From Longimicrobiales bacterium (GTDB taxonomy: Bacteria > Gemmatimonadota > Gemmatimonadetes > Longimicrobiales > Gaopeijiaceae): a DNA stretch of 50,448 bases. The notes under the pieces were generated by a model. The model had not been told where the DNA came from and did not search any database. It was given only the letters and a program-made list of their open reading frames with translations. The DNA lies in NCBI GenBank assembly GCA_046537985.1, contig JBKHJU010000001.1, forward strand, positions 1-50,448. Direction: 5' to 3'. Below, piece after piece: positions 8,432 through 17,002 of the stretch. Position 1 is the stretch's first letter. Each line of letters starts with the position of its first letter. The translations under genes and the position numbers were made by a program.

Positions 8432-9871
8432 TCACTGTGCCGAGATGGTCAGATCGCCGTCCGGGGTCTGGCCCCCGAGCGATCCCGAGAGACTGGCGAC
8501 GGGAACCTCCACGAACGTCGTCGCCGCCGGGTCGTCGTACACGAGGTACGGTCCCTCGCCGGAGTCGCCCCCGATCCAGACCGGTCGGTTCGATCCGGCC
8601 CCCGCCCCCCCGTCCATTTCGACCTCCAGCGTCAACTCCGAGTCGGCCGAGATGGCCACGTCAAGGTTCATCTGCCCCGGCTCGATCTCGACTTGGGAGC
8701 CACCGTCGATGCGGTAGAAGATCTTCGTCCTGAGCGTGTCCTCGCTCGTCTCGACGCCCGGCGTTCGGTCGGTGTCTCCCCAGAACTCCCTCCCGAGGGC
8801 TCCGGGGACGCCGATCCCCTTGAGCGTGACGCCCTGCGGGAACGACCCCGCGGCGAACGTCTTGGTCCAAGTGGCCTTCTGCGCCCCGGCGTTGATTCTG
8901 ACCCAGAGGGTCCCGCTGCGGTTGTCGAGCGGGACGAGGACGTACGGATCCCTGGCTCCGATCGCACCCCGGTCGATCTCGGAGGTCGCCCTCTCCGATT
9001 CGTGCATGTCGGTATCGCGCACGCCCATCACCGCCATGGTCTCCACCAGGGCGCCGTCCGCCACCCCGAGCAGTCTCATGTGCCCCGGGACGCCCGAGAG
9101 GTGGATCAGGTGGTCATCGTCCCATCTCGCGATACCGGAGACGATGCGATCGGAGCGGTGGTCCAAGTTCTCCGCAACCGGAAATTCGGACACCGGGGTC
9201 AGGTAGTTCGCCAGGATCGTTGAGGATGACGCCTCGTCCGAGATGAGGACGGTCGCACCGGTGCCAGACTGGACCACGATACCGTGGCTGGTCGCAACCG
9301 GCTTGTTCCGGTCGTTTAAGGCGACCGGCGACGTCACCGTTCTGACGAGGCTCCCGTCGGCGGGGTCGTAGACGAATATCTCGGAACCGTTTGCGTTTTC
9401 CGTGATGTAGACCAGACCGTTGTGCGGACCGAACTCGACTCGGATCGGGCGAAACGGAAGCGCCCACGTCCTCACGATCCCGCCGCCCGGATCGTCCAGG
9501 TCCCAGACCGCCACCTGGTTCGGATCGTCCGAAATGGCGTATATCTCGCGGGCCGACTCGTCCACCACCACCCCGAATATCCCTTTGAGGTCAACGGACT
9601 GCTGAAAGCTCAGGTCCTCGTCGTAGAAGTAGACCTTTTCGGCTCTCCGGTTCGAGAGAAGCACCTTCCCGGAGTCATAGAAAGCCCACTGAGGCCAGCC
9701 ATCGGGTGGCCAGAGTGTCGGGTCGTCAAACGCCGTTTGGCCCCACGTCCCGAAAAAGTGCGGCTCCTCGGTGGAGATCCTCCGGGGCAGCCCGTCCCCG
9801 GCGGAGACGATCTCCGCCCCTCCCGAGAGGGTGGCGTCGTCGAGCTCGAGCTCCTCGATCTGAACCGTCAT
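8432..9871 (-). CDS. Hypothetical 479-aa beta-propeller-like protein
   Basis: Long ORF with repetitive beta-strand motifs (VYD..G..V, IFVYDPADGSLV). Confidence 0.5.
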   Translation of the reverse strand: MTVQIEELELDDATLSGGAEIVSAGDGLPRRISTEEPHFFGTWGQTAFDDPTLWPPDGWPQWAFYDSGKVLLSNRRAEKVYFYDEDLSFQQSVDLKGIFGVVVDESAREIYAISDDPNQVAVWDLDDPGGGIVRTWALPFRPIRVEFGPHNGLVYITENANGSEIFVYDPADGSLVRTVTSPVALNDRNKPVATSHGIVVQSGTGATVLISDEASSSTILANYLTPVSEFPVAENLDHRSDRIVSGIARWDDDHLIHLSGVPGHMRLLGVADGALVETMAVMGVRDTDMHESERATSEIDRGAIGARDPYVLVPLDNRSGTLWVRINAGAQKATWTKTFAAGSFPQGVTLKGIGVPGALGREFWGDTDRTPGVETSEDTLRTKIFYRIDGGSQVEIEPGQMNLDVAISADSELTLEVEMDGGAGAGSNRPVWIGGDSGEGPYLVYDDPAATTFVEVPVASLSGSLGGQTPDGDLTISAQ

Positions 9872-9872
9872 C

Positions 9873-10175
9873 TCAGACGATCTCCCCGGAGGCGATGCCC
9901 TGCTCCCGGAGCCACCCGTAGAGGCTCTTCTTGACCCCGCTGTAGAGATCGGGGTCCTCGGCGACCAGTGCCCAGAAGTCCTCGGCCGGGATCTCGACGA
10001 TGCGGGAGCGCACCCAGACCGGCTTTCCGTCGTCGTCCTCGTACCCCCAGAGCACGTCCAGGCTGGCGGTCGTCGGCCCCTTCCTCTCGGCCAGCCCCCG
10101 GAACTCCACCCGGTCGATCGTGGTCAGCGTCAGCGGAGGATCCTGCTCGGGTTCGTCCAGTCTAACCGGCGTCAT
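9873..10175 (-). CDS. Hypothetical 100-aa protein
   Basis: Coding-like ORF; a 1-nt gap separates it from the downstream start. Confidence 0.45.
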   Translation of the reverse strand: MTPVRLDEPEQDPPLTLTTIDRVEFRGLAERKGPTTASLDVLWGYEDDDGKPVWVRSRIVEIPAEDFWALVAEDPDLYSGVKKSLYGWLREQGIASGEIV

Positions 10176-10557
10176 CGTTCCTCCCAGAAAGGTGTCGTTG
10201 GTTGGGTAGCGTGCCGGGTCGGGGCGTCTCTATAGACTTGAGGGTCTCCCTCCACCACCGGTCGCGCTCCCCCTGAGATATTGGTGAGGGTGGCGGTGGC
10301 GGGTAGGTACCCGGCCTCCAGACCCCGATCTCAGCCACACCGTCCAGGATCAGCACGCGGCAGTCGGGGAACGCCTGGGCCACGCTCCGGATGGTCTCGT
10401 TGTATTCCACGTCCGAGATGGTATGTTCGGGGGACAGCCGAACCACGATCGTGTCCCCCTCCTCGGGCCGGTATCTCCGAACCTCCTCCACCGCCTCCGG
10501 CAGCACCGGAACGCCCAACAGCCCGGCCAGCGACTTGAAAAACCCTCGCCGCAACAT
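10162..10557 (-). CDS. Protein with twin-arginine (Tat) signal peptide
   Basis: MLRRGFFKSLAGLLGVPVLPEA matches RRxFxK plus a hydrophobic region. SD GAGGAGG sits 5 nt before the start. Confidence 0.5.
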   Translation of the reverse strand: MLRRGFFKSLAGLLGVPVLPEAVEEVRRYRPEEGDTIVVRLSPEHTISDVEYNETIRSVAQAFPDCRVLILDGVAEIGVWRPGTYPPPPPSPISQGERDRWWRETLKSIETPRPGTLPNQRHLSGRNDDAG

Positions 10558-10756
10558 CTCTACCTCCTCACTCAGTTAGCTGGGGGGAAAAGTTTCCGCC
10601 CCCCGAACCTGCCCACCTCATCGCGGGTGGCGCCACGTACCTCCAAGTATTTTCCCCGGGGCGGCGAGCTCCGCCCGGATCCGGAAGTAGACCGCCAGGG
10701 CGCGGCGCCGCCGGCGCCCCGCCCACCGTCGAAGGTGTCTCATCTCTCCCCCCTCT

Positions 10757-12244
10757 CTACCTGAACCAGAACTCGCGGCCCTCCTCCCTCACCGTCAGGC
10801 GGTTGAAGGCGCCCACCGCCGCGTCCGCCGCGTCTATCAGTTTGGCCCCCGGCTCGAACCGCTGCAACTGCCGGAGCAGGCTCTCGTTCCAGGGACCCCG
10901 AACGAGCTTGACGTTTCCGGCCTCCGCCTGGGCGCTCATCGGTTTGGCTCTCGCCACCTTGTCGCCGGTCACCTTGTCCCGGTGAACGTCGTACCCGGCG
11001 AGGCGAGCCACCGCCGCCAGGGCCACGTCCTTTCCGGAGGAGCCGGGCTCCTGCTCGAGCCAGATGGCGACCCCGTTACCGTCCTCTTCCGCCACCTGGT
11101 CCTGAACGTCCTCCCGCTCCTTGGCGCTCCAGAACCCCTCGGTCACGTCCTCGATGTAGTAGGTGTCCCCAGCCTTCGACATCTTCACCCCGGCGGACCG
11201 TGCGGAGGCGCCCTCCTCCTTCGTGGTGGAGGCGGAGTCCCAGTACCGCACCCGCTCCGCCTCGGCCGGGGAAGCGTCCACGATCTCGAACCAACTCCGG
11301 TCGAACACCATCCCGGAGGTTTCCCGGACCATCCAGTTCCCGCCCCGGAGTCGGTCCCGGTCCACCTTGGGCAGCGCCTCGAGGATCGACAGGTACGTGG
11401 GGTCCTCCCTCATCAGGGTGGGGTTGTCCTCGAGCTTGGCTCGGATGAACGTGACCGACCGCGGGTGGATCCTCGGGTCCATGTCCCGGTCGTCCCGGAA
11501 GGCCACCGCCTCCTCCTCCGAGTCGAACCAATGGAGGTCGCCCTCGAAGCGGAGGAACCACCGGAGGACGCCGTCCCGCTCCTCGATCGGGAACCCGTCC
11601 TCGCCGATCCACCAGGAGAGGAGCTCGTGGAGCCACCCCCCGGTCTCGTCCTCCGGCGGGACCGGGTTGCAGGTCGCCCGGACGTAGGGCCTCACCCCAC
11701 AGGTCGAGCGGTTGCGGCTGGTGAGGTACCAGAACTGGCGCTCGGTGAACTCCTCCGCCTGATCCCACGCGATGAGCGGTATCTGTGAGGACTTCCACTC
11801 CAGCCGGTCCTTCTCGTGCTGGAGGTGGTGGAACGCCACCTTGGCGCCGGAGGGAAAACGCCACTCGTGGGAGGGGTTCTGGTAGGGCTCCGCCCCGAGC
11901 TCCGGGTATATCTTGTAGCTCGTGTCCCAGAGCCCGCCCTCCTGGGTGATGCGGGGCGACGTCCTCCGGAAGATCACCGCGTGGAAGTCGGGCACGTCGG
12001 TGTGGCGGCACGCCTCCATGAGGAGCCCGTAGGTCTTTCCGCCACCGGCCTCCCCGCCGTAGAAGACGATGTCCGCCCGGGTCTGGAGGAACCTCGCCTG
12101 CGGCCCGTCGTGGGGGCGGAGCGGCGGCTCCCCGAACTCGACCGAGTGGTCCTCCCCGGAGCGGACCAGGCCCTCGTAGAACATCGCGGCGAGCTGGTCC
12201 CGGACCGTGCCGCCCGCCCTCTTGCCCCTCAGCGGCGCGGCCAA
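10757..12244 (-). CDS. terL: Terminase large subunit
   Basis: Walker A GGEAGGGKTYGL, followed by a C-terminal nuclease-like domain. 495 aa. Confidence 0.85.
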   Translation of the reverse strand: MAAPLRGKRAGGTVRDQLAAMFYEGLVRSGEDHSVEFGEPPLRPHDGPQARFLQTRADIVFYGGEAGGGKTYGLLMEACRHTDVPDFHAVIFRRTSPRITQEGGLWDTSYKIYPELGAEPYQNPSHEWRFPSGAKVAFHHLQHEKDRLEWKSSQIPLIAWDQAEEFTERQFWYLTSRNRSTCGVRPYVRATCNPVPPEDETGGWLHELLSWWIGEDGFPIEERDGVLRWFLRFEGDLHWFDSEEEAVAFRDDRDMDPRIHPRSVTFIRAKLEDNPTLMREDPTYLSILEALPKVDRDRLRGGNWMVRETSGMVFDRSWFEIVDASPAEAERVRYWDSASTTKEEGASARSAGVKMSKAGDTYYIEDVTEGFWSAKEREDVQDQVAEEDGNGVAIWLEQEPGSSGKDVALAAVARLAGYDVHRDKVTGDKVARAKPMSAQAEAGNVKLVRGPWNESLLRQLQRFEPGAKLIDAADAAVGAFNRLTVREEGREFWFR

Positions 12245-12245
12245 G

Positions 12246-13034
12246 TCAGGCCCCCCTCCCGTTCGAGCTCTCCGGCGGGCGCCCGAGCCTCTCCATCATC
12301 CTCTTCCCGAGCTCGCGGCGGGCGTCCGGATCGTCCACCACGTCCCGGATGTCCTCGAGGACCTGAGAGAACAGCGCGATGACGACCCGCCGGTGCATGT
12401 ACTCCGCCTCCACCTGGTCCCGCCGCGTCTGAGAGTCGAACAGCTTGCGGACGTGGTCCTGCTGGCGCCGGACCTCGTCGAAGACCTCCCACCGCTCCGC
12501 CCCCCGGTCCACCGCCTCCTCGAGCCGGCGGAACCCCTCGCGCATCGCGCCGACGTTCTCCCGCCGGATGGCCTCCCGGATCTCCCGGACCGTGCCCCGG
12601 AGCTCCTCCCACGTGTCCGGTCCGCCACCGCCGTCCATCCTCCGGAGCAGGTCCGCCGTTATCGTCGTCGCCACCCGCATGTGCTCCAGGAGGGACATGA
12701 GCTCCGAGGAGTCCATCTCCTCGTAGACCCGGAGCAGGTCCCCCGGGAGGTACCGGGAGAAGCCCTTGCCCTCGTAGGCGGGATGAAGGGGCCCCCAGGC
12801 CGCGTTCGCGCCGTGGTGCTTGCAGCGCCCGTTCCGACCGTAGGGGTGTTGGGTGCACGGACGGGGCGCGGGTCCGACCTTCTCCGAGTCGCTCCGGGCG
12901 CGGCCCCCACATATCGGGTGACCGACGACCTCTTCCTCCACGTGGGCGCACCAGTCCGCCCAGGAGTCGTGCCCGACCTCCCGGGCCCGCTCGTCGTGGG
13001 CGTCCGACCATCCGTCCCTCGGAGCTACCGCCAT
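12246..13034 (-). CDS. Candidate terminase small subunit; Cys/His-rich
   Basis: Lies immediately upstream of terL with a 1-nt gap. 262 aa with CxxC...C...H metal-binding residues. Assigned by position only. Confidence 0.35.
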   Translation of the reverse strand: MAVAPRDGWSDAHDERAREVGHDSWADWCAHVEEEVVGHPICGGRARSDSEKVGPAPRPCTQHPYGRNGRCKHHGANAAWGPLHPAYEGKGFSRYLPGDLLRVYEEMDSSELMSLLEHMRVATTITADLLRRMDGGGGPDTWEELRGTVREIREAIRRENVGAMREGFRRLEEAVDRGAERWEVFDEVRRQQDHVRKLFDSQTRRDQVEAEYMHRRVVIALFSQVLEDIRDVVDDPDARRELGKRMMERLGRPPESSNGRGA

Positions 13035-13079
13035 GGGGTCGGTGGAACCCTCATGACGTCGGAGAGGTTCGGGGCCACG

Positions 13080-13268
13080 TCAGGACCCCCACCACCGGTC
13101 CGGGGGGAGCCCCACCACGTCGTACACGTCCACCCGGAGGAGGCGGTAGGCGGCGACCGCCCCGGTCTCCGTGTTCCGGATCACGGCCCGGGGCAGTGGC
13201 TCGAACTCCTCCCGGTCCGGGAGGGCCCACACGCAGAACCCGGCGTGCCGCAACGCGGCCTCGGTCAC
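13080..13268 (-). CDS. Hypothetical 62-aa protein
   Basis: GTG start with GTGA overlap at 13265..13268. Confidence 0.3.
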   Translation of the reverse strand: MTEAALRHAGFCVWALPDREEFEPLPRAVIRNTETGAVAAYRLLRVDVYDVVGLPPDRWWGS

Positions 13269-13597
13269 GTGTCGTCGTCCCGGGGAGCCGGGAGGGCGAT
13301 GGGGGTCCGGCCCCGGACCTCGTCCCGCTCCGGATCCCCGGGGGGCCGGTCCGGCCCGACGCCCACGTCCCGGTAGAAGTCCTCCCAGGAGTCCCAGACG
13401 CGCAGCTCCCGAACCAGTCGCCCCTCGATCATGGGGCGCATCCACCGCTCGGTCGCAAAGCGGGCCTCCACGGTGGCCCAGGCGGGATCGGCCGTGAGCT
13501 CCAGAGTCTCGGCGTGGATCGCGGCCATGACGACCCCCGTTCCCGGAACCTCCGTGACGACGATGGCCCGACTCGGAGCGCGGTGTGTCGGGGTCAC
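13265..13597 (-). CDS. Hypothetical 111-aa protein
   Basis: GTG at 13597 preceded by GAGGAGG with a 6-nt spacer. Confidence 0.4.
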   Translation of the reverse strand: MTPTHRAPSRAIVVTEVPGTGVVMAAIHAETLELTADPAWATVEARFATERWMRPMIEGRLVRELRVWDSWEDFYRDVGVGPDRPPGDPERDEVRGRTPIALPAPRDDDT

Positions 13598-13610
13598 TCT
13601 CTGCCTCCTC

Positions 13611-14171
13611 TCAGGGGTTGTCCCAGGGGTCCACGACCTCGGGGAGACGGCTCTTGCAGTTGGGGCAGCGCCCGTTCCCCATGGACCGAAGGTAGCGCCG
13701 CACGCGGTCCCGGACGCGCCAGGAGTCCGACAGCTTCTCAAGCCGGTCCGCAAGCAGGTGAGCGAACTCCACGGCCCACTCCCGGTCGTCGGTGCCGAGG
13801 GATCGGGCCTCGGTCACGTGCCTCCCCGTCTCGGGGTCCTCCCCCACGTAGAACCTGTAGTGGATCGAGCCGCCGGGCGACCTCTGTTTCACCCGGACGG
13901 TGTTCCCGTGGGTGCCGGTGGAGTAGCTCCAGCGCCCCTGCTCGTCCACCTCTCCCGGACCCTCGGTCCCCTCGACCTCCGGACCGTCCAAACCCCGCCG
14001 CGCCGCCCGGGCCATCCGGACCGCCTCCGCCGGGTCCCGCCTCACGTCCACGTCCGCCAGGGTCAGCGGACCCAGGGTCCAGAGCCCGTGCCCCCCGTAC
14101 TCCTCGGTCCACCCGAGCTCCTCCAACTCCGCCAGGGCCTCCTCGTAAGAGAGGGGGCGTCCAACGCTCAC
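13611..14171 (-). CDS. Hypothetical protein with C-terminal CPNC zinc ribbon
   Basis: GTG start overlaps the upstream stop (GTGA at 14168..14171). Confidence 0.45.
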   Translation of the reverse strand: MSVGRPLSYEEALAELEELGWTEEYGGHGLWTLGPLTLADVDVRRDPAEAVRMARAARRGLDGPEVEGTEGPGEVDEQGRWSYSTGTHGNTVRVKQRSPGGSIHYRFYVGEDPETGRHVTEARSLGTDDREWAVEFAHLLADRLEKLSDSWRVRDRVRRYLRSMGNGRCPNCKSRLPEVVDPWDNP

Positions 14172-14362
14172 TCGTCCAGGATGTGGAGGGTGACCCCGTT
14201 CTCCTCGGCGTACTCCAGGAGCCCGTCCCAGAGGTCGTGTGAGGCCAGGAGATCGTGGGCCGTCGGCTCGAAGTTGACACACTCCAGCCCCTCGTGCCGG
14301 TCAATGAACTGCCGGACGTTCCGCTCCACCGCTCGGGCCCGCTCCTCCGGCGATCCGCTCAC
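14168..14362 (-). CDS. Hypothetical 64-aa acidic protein
   Basis: NTGA coupling on both sides. Confidence 0.45.
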   Translation of the reverse strand: MSGSPEERARAVERNVRQFIDRHEGLECVNFEPTAHDLLASHDLWDGLLEYAEENGVTLHILDE

Positions 14363-14559
14363 AGCAGCACCACCTCTCGCTCGGTCCCGTCCTCACTCCT
14401 GGTCACCACGGTTCCCCCCTCCCCTCGGATCTCGTCCACGTAAAGGCCGAGCCGGACGAACTTCATGAGGACGCCCTTCACCGACTCGCCCCGCTCCTCG
14501 GCGAGCCGCTGGAGCTCCTCGTACGTGTCGTCCGGCAGGCTCAGGTTGTACCTCGCCAT
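14359..14559 (-). CDS. Ribbon-helix-helix (CopG/Arc-like) DNA-binding protein
   Basis: MARYNLSLPDDTYEELQRLAEERGESVKGVLMKFVRLGL has the typical RHH pattern. It is the C-terminal 66 aa of the listed ORF. Confidence 0.5.
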   Translation of the reverse strand: MARYNLSLPDDTYEELQRLAEERGESVKGVLMKFVRLGLYVDEIRGEGGTVVTRSEDGTEREVVLL

Positions 14560-14975
14560 CAGGGCCTCTGCCCCACGAGCCGCTTGAGCTTCCGGAAGGA
14601 CGCCGCGGGGATCTCCACCCGGTCGGGGTCGGTGCCGACGCCGATGACCTCCACCTCCCGGACCGCGTCCCTGAGCTCCTCCACCCATATCTCGTACTCC
14701 TCGTCCCCGGGCGTGGGGACGGCTCCCTCCACCAGGGTCCCCACGTACGCCTCCAGGTGACGGATGCGCTCCCGGAGGGCAACCTCCTCGGGCTCGGCCA
14801 GGGCTCCTGCGAGCTTGTTCAGCGCGGGTCGCAGCCGCCGCCTCGCCTCGTCCGTATGGACGGACGGGAGCCCCGCCAGGCACAGCACGACGACGAGGGC
14901 GTCCAGGACCTCCTGGGTCAGGACCTTCTCCAGCCTCTCCCGGGCGGTCTCCCGGGCCTCCTCAATCGCCACCAC
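14559..14975 (-). CDS. Hypothetical protein (about 139 aa)
   Basis: GTG start preceded by GGAGGGGG. The rest of listed ORF 14559..15029 upstream is intergenic. Confidence 0.4.
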   Translation of the reverse strand: MVAIEEARETARERLEKVLTQEVLDALVVVLCLAGLPSVHTDEARRRLRPALNKLAGALAEPEEVALRERIRHLEAYVGTLVEGAVPTPGDEEYEIWVEELRDAVREVEVIGVGTDPDRVEIPAASFRKLKRLVGQRP

Positions 14976-15146
14976 GATCCCCCTCCAGTCTCTCGGGCTC
15001 GAACTTGTCCACGAGCGCCCCGAGCCCACAAGAGCACTCCTCCGATGGGGCGTCGAGCCCCTCCGCCCGACAGCCGTCCTCCCTCCTGTGCCGGGCGTAC
15101 CTCCGAACCGCGCCCCGGAGCCGCAGGGGGTCCCCCACTTCCGACG

Positions 15147-16418
15147 TCACGTGACGGCCTTCACCAGCCACACCCGCTCCTCGCCCTCCACCAGGGACCT
15201 CTTGTAACCCTCTCTCTCGTACCACTCCTCGAGCCACGTGTCCGGACGGCAGGCCAACTCCACCATCTCCGAGCCGGCCGCCTCCTCCGCCGCCCGCAGC
15301 AGGCGCCGCCCATGACCGCGGCGCCGGTACTCGGGCCTCACGAAGAGATTGCAGACGGTGGGGTCCCCGGCCGAGGAGGACGGCCACTCCAACTCCACGC
15401 ACCCGACCGCCTCACCCCGCTCGGTGAGGAGAAAACGGGAGACCGCCAGCCCCTCCACGAGAGTGTCCAGGCGGATCAGGACCAGGTCGTCGGTCTCCGG
15501 CTCCTCTCCGTCCGACCGGTTCCGTGTCGTCCGCTCCTCCCGCCATGTCTCGTCGTCAAAGGGGCCGGCGCCGCACCCCGAGCAGGTGTCCTCTCCCTCC
15601 AGCGCGGCGGTCTGGCAGAGGGGACACCTCTTGAGCTCGGCTCCGACCCCCTGCCATCGACACTCCCGAAGGACGGGAAGAATCTGACGGGCGTAGACTT
15701 CCTCAACCCGGGCCCGCGCCCGCTGCAGTTCCGACCACGGAAGCCCCTGGCGCTCCGCCTCGGCAAAGTTCCGGAACGCCTCGGCCGCAGATCGCGCCGC
15801 CCTCCCACGCATCACCGACCGCTCCAGGTCGGTCAGGTCCCAGGCGTACAGCACCGCGTGGAGGTCGCCCCCTCCGATCCTCTTGAGGAGCAGCGGATCG
15901 GTGGGCGGGTCCGCCTCGATCCGGGTCGGGGACCACTCCTCCACCTCCCACAGAATGAAGTGATCCCGGAGGTAGCTCGCGCCACCGATCTTCCGGAGGC
16001 CCCCGGGGGGAACCATCGGGACCAGGGCGTACCAGCGCTCCATCTGACGGTAGTCCGACCACTCCTCCGTGGGGGGAGCCCCTCCCACGTCCACCCGAAC
16101 CTCCAGGGTGTCGGAGCGAACCGTGGCGCGCGGGCTCCGGGCGTCGAACTCCACGAACGTCCGCCCCCTGCGAAGGTTCAACTGGACCTGCTCACGGTCG
16201 GCCCTGGCCACCGCCAGGCGGGGGCGTCCACGGCGGTCGGCCCCGGCGGTCCTCATGGCGTCCCGGAGGCTGAGAAGCGACTCGCCGCTCGCCATCCTCT
16301 CGAGCCCGGCAAGGACCGCCTCGTACTCCTCGTCCGCCCGGCGCCGCAGCGCCCGGCGGTACTCCTCGGCCCTGGCCGCGGCCTCCGCCCGGTCCATCTC
16401 CATCGTCGGCACGTCCAT
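15147..16418 (-). CDS. Multi-domain protein with zinc ribbon and C-terminal GNAT acetyltransferase
   Basis: C-terminus VGCVELEW...VCNLFVRPEYRRRGHGRRLLRAAEEAA is a GNAT motif A. CPLCQ...CSGCG is a zinc ribbon. ATG at 16418 preceded by GAGAGGAGGGAG. Confidence 0.5.
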   Translation of the reverse strand: MDVPTMEMDRAEAAARAEEYRRALRRRADEEYEAVLAGLERMASGESLLSLRDAMRTAGADRRGRPRLAVARADREQVQLNLRRGRTFVEFDARSPRATVRSDTLEVRVDVGGAPPTEEWSDYRQMERWYALVPMVPPGGLRKIGGASYLRDHFILWEVEEWSPTRIEADPPTDPLLLKRIGGGDLHAVLYAWDLTDLERSVMRGRAARSAAEAFRNFAEAERQGLPWSELQRARARVEEVYARQILPVLRECRWQGVGAELKRCPLCQTAALEGEDTCSGCGAGPFDDETWREERTTRNRSDGEEPETDDLVLIRLDTLVEGLAVSRFLLTERGEAVGCVELEWPSSSAGDPTVCNLFVRPEYRRRGHGRRLLRAAEEAAGSEMVELACRPDTWLEEWYEREGYKRSLVEGEERVWLVKAVT

Positions 16419-16440
16419 CGGTCTCCCTCCTCTCAGGGGC

Positions 16441-16513
16441 CTGTGACACACACGAGACACACACGTCTAATATACTGGGGCCCCCGCGAGCGCAAACCCC
16501 GGACTGGGAAGCA
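16441..16513 (-). promoter_or_regulatory. Candidate promoter/leader region with TATATT -10-like hexamer and (GT/CA) alternating repeats
   Basis: Low-GC 53-bp gap. The minus strand reads ...TTTGCGCTCGCGGGGGCCCCAGTATATTAGACGTGTGTGTCTCGTGTGTGTCACAG.. before the RBS of gene 15147..16418. Confidence 0.3.
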
Positions 16514-17002
16514 TCAGGACTCGGGGGCGTCCCGCAGCGGGTGGGAGTCGGGCGTGTCCTCGTCGAGACCCTCCCACCGGATGCGGGTCTGCAGCGGGTG
16601 CTTGTCGACCCTGGGACGCGACGGCGTGTCCCAGCTGCGGGCCCGGACGGTGTGGACCCGCCGGTACCCGGCTCCCCTGAGGCTGGCCCCGCCCTCCTCC
16701 TCCAGGGTGTACGTCACCAGCCGGCGGTAGCCGAGCTCCCTGGCGGCCCTCCGGCAGGCGCCGAGCAGGAACGAGGGGGCGTTTCGGGTCCCGTCCGTGC
16801 ACAGCCGCGTCACCTCCGCGGTCCACCCGTCGTCGAGCACCCTGGAGACCGGCCGGCCGACGATCGCCACGCCGACGACCTCCCCGTCCTCGGCGGCCGC
16901 CATCGCCCAGAGCCCGCCGACCGGAGCGGGGGCGTGCCGGTGGTGACGGTCCACGAACACCCGGGCGTCAGACACCGAGCAGGGCACGACCTCGAGACTC
17001 AC
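16514..17002 (-). CDS. GNAT-family acetyltransferase (163 aa)
   Basis: AIVGRPVSR...RLCT...GACRRAARELGYRRLVTYT is a GNAT fold. GTG start overlaps the MTase stop (GTGA). The long listed ORF 16514..17767 is a frame artefact. Confidence 0.5.
   Translation of the reverse strand: MSLEVVPCSVSDARVFVDRHHRHAPAPVGGLWAMAAAEDGEVVGVAIVGRPVSRVLDDGWTAEVTRLCTDGTRNAPSFLLGACRRAARELGYRRLVTYTLEEEGGASLRGAGYRRVHTVRARSWDTPSRPRVDKHPLQTRIRWEGLDEDTPDSHPLRDAPES

Noticed and set aside
10605-10742. 45-aa Arg-rich mini-ORF with GGGGGGAGAG leader just after terL
   Set aside because: Uses AAA/ATA/CTT codons that are atypical for this genome, and lies in a gap that more likely holds regulatory hairpins (a G6-loop-C6 at 10579..10601).
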